DNA of 64,000 bases from an uncultured Verrucomicrobiae bacterium (GTDB lineage Bacteria > Verrucomicrobiota > Verrucomicrobiia > Chthoniobacterales > UBA10450): NCBI GenBank assembly GCA_963756875.1, contig CAVWPA010000003.1, positions 224,001 to 288,000 of the forward strand. The letters are read 5' to 3'. The translations under genes were made by a program, and so were the position numbers. Under the pieces are notes generated by a model. That model had not been told where the DNA came from. It made no database searches and saw nothing but the letters and a program-made list of their open reading frames with translations. Of this stretch, positions 49,079 through 58,468 are shown in pieces (position 1 is the stretch's first letter; every line of letters begins with the position of its first letter).

Positions 49079-49996
49079 TCACTTCTCCAGCTTTCGGATT
49101 TCGGTTTGCGCGACCGCCGCCTCCGCAGATTTCGGAAACGTTGCGATCAATTCATTCAACGATTTCTTGGCGCGTCCCTCGTCGTCGAGCTGTCCATAAG
49201 TCCGCCCGCTACCCAGGAGCGCCGCCGGCATGAACCGCTTCTCGTCCGAATAGAAGACCGGCACATGCAAATAGGCAAGCAATGCCTCATCCCAGCGCCT
49301 CTGCGCATATAGCAAATCGCCCTTTTTTATCCACGCTTCGGCCAGGATTTCCGGGTGCCTGCTATCTTTAATTGCATCGTCGCAAATTTTAGCAGCCTTT
49401 TCAAAATCCTGTTTGCGTATCAGGTCGGTGGTTAGCTGCAACTGCGCGGCATGCGCGGTCTCAGGGTCGGTCACAAATTTCTGGATCTCGGCCGTAAGCG
49501 CTTCCGCTTCAGCATCACGGTGAAGGGCGGAGAGTGCCGACACCTTGATCAACGCCGCCTGGGACCACCATGCGCCGGGGACATCCTTGAACGGTTCGTA
49601 GTACACAATGACCTGTTCTATCTCCCCGAGCGCCTTCTGCGGATTGCCTTGCGACAAGAGATTGGAAGCCTCTTCCAAGCCACGCGGTTTCGGAAATTCA
49701 ATCCTGGCAATCTGGCGAATATGATATCCGACTTCCCCGTTGCCCGAGCCGACCTGGACTTTGCCCATGATCATGTCGCCCTGGCGTCGAACTCCCAGTG
49801 TTTCAACTTTTTGACCCGTGGCCAGGTCGATTGTCTGCGCTTGCGCTGAAGCGTCGATTACGATTACGGGCAGGAGCAGGATTACGAAGGAGAAAACGCT
49901 CAACGTCCAACGCTCAACACCCAACATCGAACTCGGACAATTCGACATTCGGCGTTCGGCATTCGGCGTTCGGCGTTTTCCGCTTTCGTTTCTCAT
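49079..49996 (-). CDS. Exported TPR protein
   Basis: Hydrophobic signal, helical TPR-like repeats, YLHVPVFY, FPKSAEA; ATGA-coupled to the upstream gene. Confidence 0.8.
   Translation of the reverse strand: MRNESGKRRTPNAERRMSNCPSSMLGVERWTLSVFSFVILLLPVIVIDASAQAQTIDLATGQKVETLGVRRQGDMIMGKVQVGSGNGEVGYHIRQIARIEFPKPRGLEEASNLLSQGNPQKALGEIEQVIVYYEPFKDVPGAWWSQAALIKVSALSALHRDAEAEALTAEIQKFVTDPETAHAAQLQLTTDLIRKQDFEKAAKICDDAIKDSRHPEILAEAWIKKGDLLYAQRRWDEALLAYLHVPVFYSDEKRFMPAALLGSGRTYGQLDDEGRAKKSLNELIATFPKSAEAAVAQTEIRKLEK
49892..49980. repeat. Heptamer inverted tandem repeat (CAACGCT/TTCGGCG type) inside the 5' end of the TPR gene
   Basis: GAAAACGCTCAACGTCCAACGCTCAACACCCAACATCGAA facing TTCGACATTCGGCGTTCGGCATTCGGCGTTCGGCGTTTTC. 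Confidence 0.85.
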
Positions 49997-52854
49997 CCTT
50001 GTTGTCCCAACGCTTCCAATCGTTTCCGCGCTTCCTCCGCCTCGGCGAAGTTTCGCAACTTTTGATTACGCAGAAGTTCCCGGTAGGTATTGGCCGCCTC
50101 CTGCGTCTTGCCCAGTTTTTCAAAACTTTCGCCGCTGGCAATATATGCCTTGGCCACCCAGGGCAGAAACTTCTGATATCCAACGTAAACCCGCTGGAAA
50201 TAGGCGTTCGCCGCCGCCCAGTGCCCCTGCTTGGCCGCGATTTCGCCTAACGAATACACGCTGAAAGCCGTGCATTCGCCGCGCCACTCGCGCACCGATG
50301 CAACTTGCTCAAAAATCTTCTTCGCTTCGTCGAGGCGGTCCAGGGCCAGCAGTGTCTTCGCTTTACCGACTGTGAGATCTTTCAACTTTTGCTGAGCCGC
50401 AATCTTGTCCGTTCCATCCGAGAAAAACTGTAACGCGCGATTAAAATCCTTTTTCTGAAACGCGATCTCGCCCAGGCCGTTGTCGGCGAAGTCGAGATAT
50501 TCGCTTTTGGGAAATTCGTTCAGAAGCTGTTGATAGAAGCCAGCCGCTGCGTCGAGCTTTTGCTTCGCCAACAAATAATCGCCGGCGCGCCCGAGCAAGA
50601 GCGGGCTTAAATCTTGCGGCTTAAAATCCTGCGCGATCTGAGCGAGGTTTTTTTCCTCTTCTGCTGGTTGCCGCCGCAACCGCGCCAGTTCAGCCTTGGC
50701 AAAGAGAGTGCGCGCCCGGGCCGTTGCCGTCTGGTCTTTCTCCGTCGAGCCGAGCAGCGCATCAAGCTCCGCGCCCGGGTCGGGCTGCGCCGCCGGCGAC
50801 GCGCTGGTCTCTGCGCCGGTCCTGGTTGCCTCCGCCGCAACCGGTTTCTTTTTCACGCACAGTTGTGCAAGTTGCGTCAGCAAAAGCTCAACCGCTTCAC
50901 GCTTCGGGTCGTCGATATATTTTTTGATCGTGTCCGCGGAAATCTTCTTGGCCTCATCCAGCTTGCCCTCGTGCGCTTTCGCCTTGCCGATCCAGTAAAT
51001 CGCCGAGATCAGCGTCGGACTGTCCGGCTTCTCCCGGATGAATTCGTCGAACAGATCGGCCACCTTTTGCCATTCGCCCCGTTTTTGCAGGAGTTTGCTC
51101 GCGGCAAAAAGAGAGTAATTCATCACCTCGTCGGTGGTCGCGATCTTATAAGAACGGACATAAATCGGGATCGCCTGGTCTTCGCGGTTACTGGCCGCGT
51201 AGGAATCCGCCAGCAGTGCGAGAACTTCACCGAGTTGTTTGTTCTTTGGGAACTCGCGCTCCCAGGCTTTGCAATCCGCGATCACCTTGTCGTAAAGCGA
51301 AGCGGCATACTTGCAAACGGCCAGCCGGTACTTGGCATCGCTCACATAGGCCCCCTCTGGATACTTCCGCAGGTAGTCGTGAATCTGGTCCATTGCTTCC
51401 TGGTACTTGCCGGCGAAAAGAGCGTTGAGCCCGAGGCGATAATTTACGTCTTCAACATTTTTGCCCTTCGGAAAGTCGCTCAGATATTTTTTGTACTGCG
51501 CGGTCGCCTCGTCGTGTTTCCCCTCCATGAACTTGGCGTTGCCTAACAAGTAGCTCATTTGTTCGCGATACTTGCTATTCGGCTGCGTCTCGAGCATGTG
51601 CTGAAAATATTTCTCCGCCGCCTGCGGATCGTTTGCCTCCAGCGCGACCGCTCCCATCATGTAGCCGACAGTCTCGGCGTTCGGCCCGCCTTGGAATTCG
51701 CGCAAATACTCCTGGCAGCGCGCTTCCGCCCTTTGCGGCTGGTTCACGTCCGCCAGGGAGACGATTAAGCCGAAAAGCGCAGGCTCCCGCTCGGGCGCCT
51801 TAGGGAAATGGTCGAACAGCTCCTGATAAACGACGATCGCTTCCCATTTTCGGTCGATCTCATAGAAAGACCGGGCCATGCGAATGTAAATCGCGGGCGT
51901 GATCGAGGGGAGTTTCTGAAACGCGTCAAGCAGGCTTTTCGTATGGGCGATATCGTTGTTGAGCTCGTTGTTCTCGGCGGCAAGCTGGCCAAACTGCGAT
52001 GGGTCTCTCCGGGCGGCGGCCAGATTCGCCTGAAGCTGCTTCTGCATCGCGGCAATCCGCTCGTTTTGCATGCGAACGATCTGCTCCCGCGGATACGCGG
52101 CGCGATAACATTCCAGCGCGTCGGCGTATAATTTTTTTCGGAAGAACTGGTCGCCCAGCTCGACTGTCATCGAATTGAGATCAACGATGTTATCGACCAG
52201 CGCGATTTGCGTGTGAATTTTATCGATCGTGCGGATGGCCTTGTCGGCTTCTCCCTTTTCCGAATAGAGCTGGGCCAGCATCATGGCGCCGCGAACGGAC
52301 ATGGCGGTTTGCAATTGTCCGCCGGCGAGTTTCTCCAGGGTCGCAATGGCCTGGTCTTTTTTTCCCGCCTCCTTGCTGGCAGTCGCCCCGAAAAAAAGCG
52401 CTTGCTCGCGCAAACGGGGATCTTTTTCCAATTTGGCAAACTCGGCCGCCGCTTCCGCGTAGTTTTTGCCGAGCAGGCTCGATTGCGCGATGGCAAACGC
52501 CACCTGGCTCAAATGCGCGCCATTGGGAAATTTTTTCTGGTAATTCTTGAACGCGCCGACCGCTTTCTTGTAATCGCCGGCGTTAAAATAGGCCGAGCCG
52601 AGCGTAAAAAAGGCCGGCTCCAACTGCGGCGTAAATTCCGCCTTGGTCAGGAGCGCTTCCAAGTCCGTAGCCGCCTTCGCGTAATCGCCCGATTGAAATT
52701 CCGACATGCCGCGCGCGTACAGCTGCGGTAGCTCGGAATTTTGTTCGCCGGAAGCGGGCGGATTCTGTTGTGCTGCGGCGCTGCCGCAGACCAGCAACAG
52801 GAAGAGAATCGAGCGCCGGATCACGCGGATCGTGCCACCGGGAAAGAACGACAT
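49993..52854 (-). CDS. Large exported TPR protein (BamD/CpoB-type repeats)
   Basis: Signal peptide ending AAA; repeated Y..KFP.G..A.F.LG helical hairpins over about 900 aa. Confidence 0.85.
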   Translation of the reverse strand: MSFFPGGTIRVIRRSILFLLLVCGSAAAQQNPPASGEQNSELPQLYARGMSEFQSGDYAKAATDLEALLTKAEFTPQLEPAFFTLGSAYFNAGDYKKAVGAFKNYQKKFPNGAHLSQVAFAIAQSSLLGKNYAEAAAEFAKLEKDPRLREQALFFGATASKEAGKKDQAIATLEKLAGGQLQTAMSVRGAMMLAQLYSEKGEADKAIRTIDKIHTQIALVDNIVDLNSMTVELGDQFFRKKLYADALECYRAAYPREQIVRMQNERIAAMQKQLQANLAAARRDPSQFGQLAAENNELNNDIAHTKSLLDAFQKLPSITPAIYIRMARSFYEIDRKWEAIVVYQELFDHFPKAPEREPALFGLIVSLADVNQPQRAEARCQEYLREFQGGPNAETVGYMMGAVALEANDPQAAEKYFQHMLETQPNSKYREQMSYLLGNAKFMEGKHDEATAQYKKYLSDFPKGKNVEDVNYRLGLNALFAGKYQEAMDQIHDYLRKYPEGAYVSDAKYRLAVCKYAASLYDKVIADCKAWEREFPKNKQLGEVLALLADSYAASNREDQAIPIYVRSYKIATTDEVMNYSLFAASKLLQKRGEWQKVADLFDEFIREKPDSPTLISAIYWIGKAKAHEGKLDEAKKISADTIKKYIDDPKREAVELLLTQLAQLCVKKKPVAAEATRTGAETSASPAAQPDPGAELDALLGSTEKDQTATARARTLFAKAELARLRRQPAEEEKNLAQIAQDFKPQDLSPLLLGRAGDYLLAKQKLDAAAGFYQQLLNEFPKSEYLDFADNGLGEIAFQKKDFNRALQFFSDGTDKIAAQQKLKDLTVGKAKTLLALDRLDEAKKIFEQVASVREWRGECTAFSVYSLGEIAAKQGHWAAANAYFQRVYVGYQKFLPWVAKAYIASGESFEKLGKTQEAANTYRELLRNQKLRNFAEAEEARKRLEALGQQG

Positions 52855-52926
52855 GCTGCGATAGTATCAACCGGCGCCTGGATTGAAAAGCGACGAGTCC
52901 AAGAAACGGCGCAATCTCAAGACCGA

Positions 52927-55116
52927 TCAGTGCCTTGTGCTGGCCGTCTTCGGCCCGCGTAAAAGATTGATCAGGTCGTCCAGAATATTCAACGACTCGT
53001 CGCGCTCCGGATCGATGGCCGGTTCCTTGGTATCGTCGTCTCCGCCGATCAGGTCGCTGGGGTCATCCGATGTGTCAGGTGCAGTCTGGGCCGGACTGGC
53101 TTTCTTGGCGGACGCCAGTTTACCCGGATACATGACCAACTGAAGGTCGGGCTTGTCCACCGTGTCGAGAGTCAGTCTATAAATGCGCGGCTCCTGCTCA
53201 TTGCGCGCCAGTCGCTCCTTTGCGCGCAGTTCTTTACGGGCCTTCTCTGCCAGCAGCTCCTTGCGCCGCACATCTTCATTCAACGAGATTCCATTCTGCT
53301 CGATCTTTTTGCGCAGCCGATCCATGTCCTCCATCACGTAATGGAATTCCGGATTACTTTTAACCCGCTCCGCCGACCGGCGCTTCAGTTCGTCCAGGAA
53401 AAGGGGATGCGTTCCCGACCACTTTGTGTAGTGCGCTTTCGGCACTTCGTCGTAGGAAAGACAATTTTTCAACGCGCCTTCGCTCAATTCCGGCTGGTCG
53501 GTCAGACTCGGAAACACAATATCCGAAGCCACCCCGTGGAGCTGGGTCGAGCCGCCCGCCACCCGATAAAATTTCTGGATGGTCAGCTTGAGCGCGCCAT
53601 CATCATCGGAACGGCTGCCAAGCAGCGAAGTAAATCGCCCGATGGGAAGAATCGTTTGTACCGTCCCTTTGCCGAAAGTCCTAGTGTCGCCGACAATCAC
53701 GGCGCGACCGTAATCCTGCAGCGCCGCCGCGAAGATTTCGCTGGCCGACGCGCTTTGCCGGCTCGTCAAAACGACCATCGGCCCGGAATAGGCGATGCCC
53801 GGGTCGGGATCGTTCGAAACGACGATGTTACCGTTTGAGCTTTTCGTTTGCACGATCGGTCCCGATTTTAAAAACAATCCGGTCAGCGAAATCGCTTCTT
53901 CAAGCGAACCGCCGCCGTTCCGGCGGAGATCGACCACGAGGCCGGCGATTTTTTCTTTTCGCAACCGTCTGAGCAACAGCGCCACATCCCGGGTAGTGCT
54001 CTTCTGGTGCCGATCCATGTCGGCGTAAAACGAGGGGAGAGTCAGCCATCCAAGTTTCACCGTGTTGCCGTTCTCGTCCTTGTGAATAATGATGTCTGCG
54101 CGCGCTTCCTGGTCCTTCAGCTTAATTTCATCGCGCGCGAGGTCGATGTTCTTGCGCTGCGAAGGGTCGGCGGTGTTGACCGGGATCACGAGCAGGCGCA
54201 CATGCGTGCCTTTCTTGCCGCGGATCATCTCCACCACCTTGTCCAACCGCATATCGCGAACATCGACGTAACTATTCTGCCCCTGGGCCACCGCCGCGAT
54301 GCGGTCGCCCACTTTCAAGCGGCCATCTTTTTGCGCCGGGCCGCCTGGAACCAGGCTCTCGATCTTTGCGTATCCATCTTCCGTCCTTAGCATCGCCCCG
54401 ATCCCTACCAGTGAGAGGCCCATGTTAATGCTGAAGTTTTTCAGGTCGGCTTTGCTTAGATATTCCGAATGCGGATCGTACGTCTGGGCGAGCGCGTCGA
54501 GATAGAGTTTCACCTGCTCGTCTTTGTCGTTTTCGTGGACATTGCGCGACAGGCGATCGTAACGACGCGTCACCAGTTGCGGGCCGGGTTCAATGGGGTG
54601 CTCGCTCAGTTTTTCCTGTAAAAGTTCACTTTCGATACGGCCCCGCCACAACTGGTCGGCCTCGGCTTCATCTTTCGGCCAGGGCGCTTTTTGCCGGTTC
54701 ATCTCGATGGTCGCGTTGGTTTTGAAATCCATCGGCTGTTTAAGCAGCTCCTCGATCTTGGCCACACGTTCATCAACGCGTTTCTCATAAAGAGCGTAGA
54801 TGTCGTAGGCGGGTCTCAAATTGCCCAGCAACACGTCGTCGTCGAGCGCGGTCCCGTACTTTGCGTTGAGAGCAGCGACATCTTTCTGAGTGAAAAAGAG
54901 ATGACTGGCGTCGAGCAACTCCAGGTAAGTCTGTAAAAACTTCCTCGATACCTGGTCGTTGAGCGGCAGTCGGGTGTAATGGCCTTCCTCCAGCAGGCGG
55001 CCGACAGAAATGCAAACCTGCTCGGGGTCGGATTTCGCAAAAATCGGTTGCGATCCGAGCGCGAGGACGAGCGAGAGAGCCGGTGCGGCCAGTAGAAGAC
55101 CAAAACGTGGTTTCAT
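52927..55116 (-). CDS. prc: Carboxy-terminal processing (tail-specific) protease
   Basis: YDPHSEY, PDZ (GIGAML), DLRRNGGG, SASASEI, TFGKGTVQ. Confidence 0.93.
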   Translation of the reverse strand: MKPRFGLLLAAPALSLVLALGSQPIFAKSDPEQVCISVGRLLEEGHYTRLPLNDQVSRKFLQTYLELLDASHLFFTQKDVAALNAKYGTALDDDVLLGNLRPAYDIYALYEKRVDERVAKIEELLKQPMDFKTNATIEMNRQKAPWPKDEAEADQLWRGRIESELLQEKLSEHPIEPGPQLVTRRYDRLSRNVHENDKDEQVKLYLDALAQTYDPHSEYLSKADLKNFSINMGLSLVGIGAMLRTEDGYAKIESLVPGGPAQKDGRLKVGDRIAAVAQGQNSYVDVRDMRLDKVVEMIRGKKGTHVRLLVIPVNTADPSQRKNIDLARDEIKLKDQEARADIIIHKDENGNTVKLGWLTLPSFYADMDRHQKSTTRDVALLLRRLRKEKIAGLVVDLRRNGGGSLEEAISLTGLFLKSGPIVQTKSSNGNIVVSNDPDPGIAYSGPMVVLTSRQSASASEIFAAALQDYGRAVIVGDTRTFGKGTVQTILPIGRFTSLLGSRSDDDGALKLTIQKFYRVAGGSTQLHGVASDIVFPSLTDQPELSEGALKNCLSYDEVPKAHYTKWSGTHPLFLDELKRRSAERVKSNPEFHYVMEDMDRLRKKIEQNGISLNEDVRRKELLAEKARKELRAKERLARNEQEPRIYRLTLDTVDKPDLQLVMYPGKLASAKKASPAQTAPDTSDDPSDLIGGDDDTKEPAIDPERDESLNILDDLINLLRGPKTASTRH

Positions 55117-55339
55117 TGAGAAAAGAGGTTCGCCAAGGTCGCAGAGTTTACCCCGAAAGCAACCCGCTGGTCGACGACATTAACATGCAGAAGTTGAGAC
55201 AACGCCCGGGCATTAACATTCAAAAAAGCGGAAAAATAGCGGGATCTTGACGCGGCTTGCTTCCTTCTGCTTATGGTAGCAGGCGATCTATGACCATCGG
55301 TGAAATTTGTGCGACGCTCACAGAGCGCTGCGACAGCAA

Positions 55340-55951
55340 ATGACCTACAAAGCTTTCTGCGGCGGGATTTTCGAGACGAATTGTTACCTGGTGTCCGCGC
55401 CGCAGGGCGGAATCCTGTTCGACGCGCCCGATGGCGCCTGCGCCTGGCTTGAATCGCAGCGCGCAGACATAAAACTTCTGCTCCTCACCCATGGCCATAT
55501 CGATCATGTCCAGGATGTTGCGAAGATTAAGCGGCGCTTCGGTTGCCAGATCGGCTGCCACCCTCTGACCGCGCCGATGATCTCCGATCCCGAATTTTTC
55601 CGGAAATTCGGCTTTGAACTCGAAATCGAGCCGGCCGAGCCCGATTTTTTTATCGAGGAGACGCCTAATCGGGATTTTCTCGGCCTTGAAATGCAAGTTC
55701 TCGAAGTGCCCGGTCACTGTCCGGGGAGTCTTTGTTTTTTCTCGCGCAAAGACGAAGTTCTTATCGGCGGCGACGTTCTTTTCGCGAGCGGCGTCGGCCG
55801 CTGGGACCTGCCGGGCGGAGATGGAGATCTTTTGTTCGATGGGATCAGGAAAAAATTATTTCCGCTCGGTGACAACGTGACGGTCCTGCCCGGCCACGGA
55901 CCGCCGACGAAAATCGGCACCGAGCGCCTAACGAATCCGTTCGTGAGCTAA
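55340..55951 (+). CDS. MBL-fold metallo-hydrolase (glyoxalase II-like)
   Basis: THGHIDH, PGHCPG, GDVLF, PGHG. Confidence 0.92.
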   Translation: MTYKAFCGGIFETNCYLVSAPQGGILFDAPDGACAWLESQRADIKLLLLTHGHIDHVQDVAKIKRRFGCQIGCHPLTAPMISDPEFFRKFGFELEIEPAEPDFFIEETPNRDFLGLEMQVLEVPGHCPGSLCFFSRKDEVLIGGDVLFASGVGRWDLPGGDGDLLFDGIRKKLFPLGDNVTVLPGHGPPTKIGTERLTNPFVS

Positions 55952-56937
55952 ACCAAATCGCGCAGTGTCGCGCCCAGTGGCTGCAATCCGTCGATTGTCG
56001 CAATGATGCCGCGCAACGATTTCGCGGCAGCAGGAATGTACTCAAGAAACTGCCTGTGGCCTTTGACGAGCCCGAGAAATCCATACGCGCCGAGCGCCTG
56101 CATGAGGCGTTGCATCGCGCAGAGCCGGAGCGTCTCGTCGAAATCTCCGTCCGCCGCCCAGCCATGACCGGCCTGTTCCTGTTTGTAGTAATCGATCAAT
56201 TCGCGGCGCTCGCTCTCTGGCAGGTCGACATAAGGGTCAAACAGCAACGACGCGAGATCATAATGAGCCAGGCCGGGCCGCATCCCTTGAAAATCGATCA
56301 GGTAAGCCTGGTGGTCACGGATGAGAATGTTTTGCGATTGAAAATCGCGGTGGATTAGAACCCTCCGTAAAATGGCCAGATGTTCTGCGATCTGATCCAG
56401 TGCCGGCAATGCAGCGAGCGGAGCCAGCTTCGCGTTGGCGATCTTGAAATAAAGGCCGAGGCAATTTTCGAAAAAGTAATGTTGTTCCCAGCGGTAAAGA
56501 GCGGCATTGAACTCGCCCGGCAAACTTTCCCTCAGGCCGACATGAACTTCCTCCGGGAGCCGATGAAGTTTCGCCACTTCGTCGAGCGCCGACTCGTAAA
56601 AGGCGCGACGCACCGGCCAGCTTTCGCCGCGATAACTGAAAAGATCGTGTTCGCCGAGATCTTCGATCCAGATTAAACCCTCGTCCGCATCGTGAAAATA
56701 AATCTTCGGCGCTCGAATATCGTGCTCGGCGAGAAACTTTGCGATCTCCACGTAGTGGCGGTTCTCCTCACGCTCGAGATTGTATTTAACCAGAATCAGC
56801 CTCTGCTCCGCCGGGCACTGGATACGATAAAATTTTCGATCGGACCCGCCTTTCTCGATCGGATTAATTTTGATTTCATCGACATTAAATCGCGGAAAAT
56901 GCATTCGCGTCTCGCGAAGAAGCAGGTCGGTTCTCAT
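55948..56937 (-). CDS. Phosphotransferase, AmgK-like anomeric sugar kinase
   Basis: GGSDRKFYR, IEDLG, IHRDFQSQN, IDFQG, YDLASLL.DPY. Confidence 0.85.
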   Translation of the reverse strand: MRTDLLLRETRMHFPRFNVDEIKINPIEKGGSDRKFYRIQCPAEQRLILVKYNLEREENRHYVEIAKFLAEHDIRAPKIYFHDADEGLIWIEDLGEHDLFSYRGESWPVRRAFYESALDEVAKLHRLPEEVHVGLRESLPGEFNAALYRWEQHYFFENCLGLYFKIANAKLAPLAALPALDQIAEHLAILRRVLIHRDFQSQNILIRDHQAYLIDFQGMRPGLAHYDLASLLFDPYVDLPESERRELIDYYKQEQAGHGWAADGDFDETLRLCAMQRLMQALGAYGFLGLVKGHRQFLEYIPAAAKSLRGIIATIDGLQPLGATLRDLV

Positions 56938-56940
56938 GGG

Positions 56941-57924
56941 TCAGATGTCGATGTTGCGATGAGCGCCCTCGGCTGTTTTATAAGTGCGGACGATACAACC
57001 AGAGAGGTGGCTTCGGGAAGCAATTTGTGCACCGGGCCACAAAATCGTGTCTTCTAAAATCGCGTCCGCTCCAACGCGGCAATCTTTGGCGGCAACCGTG
57101 CAGCCGCGCAATTGTGCCGTCGGATCGACCGTCGCCGTCTTATGGACCGGCGCTTTCCATTGCGGGTCGCCGACCGGATAAGCCGGAAACTTCAGCGCCG
57201 CAGTCGGGACCCCGGCGCTCCCTGATAGTTCCCGATGCAGCTGCAAATAAGCGTCGCGACTTCCGACGTCCCACCAATTTCCTTCGTCGATCACGATTCC
57301 GCCGATCTTTTCATCGCGCCGGATGAGATCGAGAAAGTGTGGAATCACCGAGCGCTTTACTCCGCGTTCCAGTGCATCGACAAATCCGGGCTCGATAATG
57401 TAAATGCCGGTGAAGAGAAATTCGTCAGGCGCTCCGCTGCCAAGTTGATTGCGAATATCGATGAGCCGGCCCGATCCCGGGTCGAACGCAACATGTTTCG
57501 GCTCGGCATTAGAACGCAGTGCAAGCGTAACCAGATTGCCGGCAGAGAAATGACGGTCGATCAGAGCGCTGATCGGCAGATCGGTTAAAACATCGCCGTT
57601 ATAAACAAGCAAAGGCTCGCGGACCAGCGAGTCGGCGATGTTGGCAATGCCGCCGGCGGTCTCGAGCAGATCCGGCTCGTGAAAAAATTCGATGCGCCGG
57701 TCGCGATATTCCGATTCGGGGAAAATTTCAACAAACCGGTCCGGCCGGTGATGGGTGTTCACGAGGAATTTCTTCAGTCCGACATCGATCAACTGGTCGA
57801 AGGCGAAGGTGATGAGCGGCTTTTGAAAAACAGGGACCAGCGGCTTGGGCAAGTCGTCGGTCAGCGGTCGCAGCCGGGTGCCGAGCCCCGCTCCAAGGAC
57901 GAACGCTTGTGTGATTGAGGCCAT
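56941..57924 (-). CDS. Sugar-phosphate nucleotidyltransferase, MurU-like
   Basis: LGAGLGTRLRPLT...PKPL, LETAGGI, YNGD, WWDVG; adjacent to an AmgK-like gene. Confidence 0.85.
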   Translation of the reverse strand: MASITQAFVLGAGLGTRLRPLTDDLPKPLVPVFQKPLITFAFDQLIDVGLKKFLVNTHHRPDRFVEIFPESEYRDRRIEFFHEPDLLETAGGIANIADSLVREPLLVYNGDVLTDLPISALIDRHFSAGNLVTLALRSNAEPKHVAFDPGSGRLIDIRNQLGSGAPDEFLFTGIYIIEPGFVDALERGVKRSVIPHFLDLIRRDEKIGGIVIDEGNWWDVGSRDAYLQLHRELSGSAGVPTAALKFPAYPVGDPQWKAPVHKTATVDPTAQLRGCTVAAKDCRVGADAILEDTILWPGAQIASRSHLSGCIVRTYKTAEGAHRNIDI

Positions 57925-57941
57925 TCCGTTAAGAATTGCGC

Positions 57942-58442
57942 ATGGCTGAAGAAACCCTCTGGCGCGGCAGTTCTTCGCAATGGAAGAACTTCGGCTTTTT
58001 TCTTCTGCAAGCGATCGTCGCCCTCGTCATTGTGCTTATTTTTGCCGTGCTGTCACGTTCGGCCCCGCCAGAAGCCAGGAGTCTCAGCCCGTACATCCTA
58101 ATTCTCCTCGCCTTGCCAATCCTTATCGCGTTGGCGCGCTATCTCCAAACGAAATGCAAAGTTTACCAGCTCACGACGGAACGGTTGAAAACCAGCAAAG
58201 GCGTGTTGAGCAAGCTGACCGACACCCTCGAGCTCTATCGGGTGAAGGATATCGAAACACGCCAGCCGTTTCTTTATCGAATGTTCGGCGTCGAGAACGT
58301 GGAGATGAATACTTCCGACACTTCTTCGCCGTTCGTTTTTATCGATGCAATTCCTTGCGCCGCTGCTCTGGCCGACAAAATTCGCAACCAGGTCGAGATC
58401 ATCCGCCAGCAAAAAGGGGTGCGCGAGATCGACGTCGAATGA
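57942..58442 (+). CDS. Membrane protein with a bacterial PH domain (bPH_2)
   Basis: Two TM segments then YQLTTERL...G.LSK..D.LELYRVKD. Confidence 0.8.
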   Translation: MAEETLWRGSSSQWKNFGFFLLQAIVALVIVLIFAVLSRSAPPEARSLSPYILILLALPILIALARYLQTKCKVYQLTTERLKTSKGVLSKLTDTLELYRVKDIETRQPFLYRMFGVENVEMNTSDTSSPFVFIDAIPCAAALADKIRNQVEIIRQQKGVREIDVE

Positions 58443-58468
58443 TTGGATATAGCCGCGTCGCAGAGGGT

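Noticed and set aside
50823..50842. GGTTGC...GCAACC palindrome in the TPR linker
   Set aside because: A 6-bp stem is within chance expectation for this GC content.
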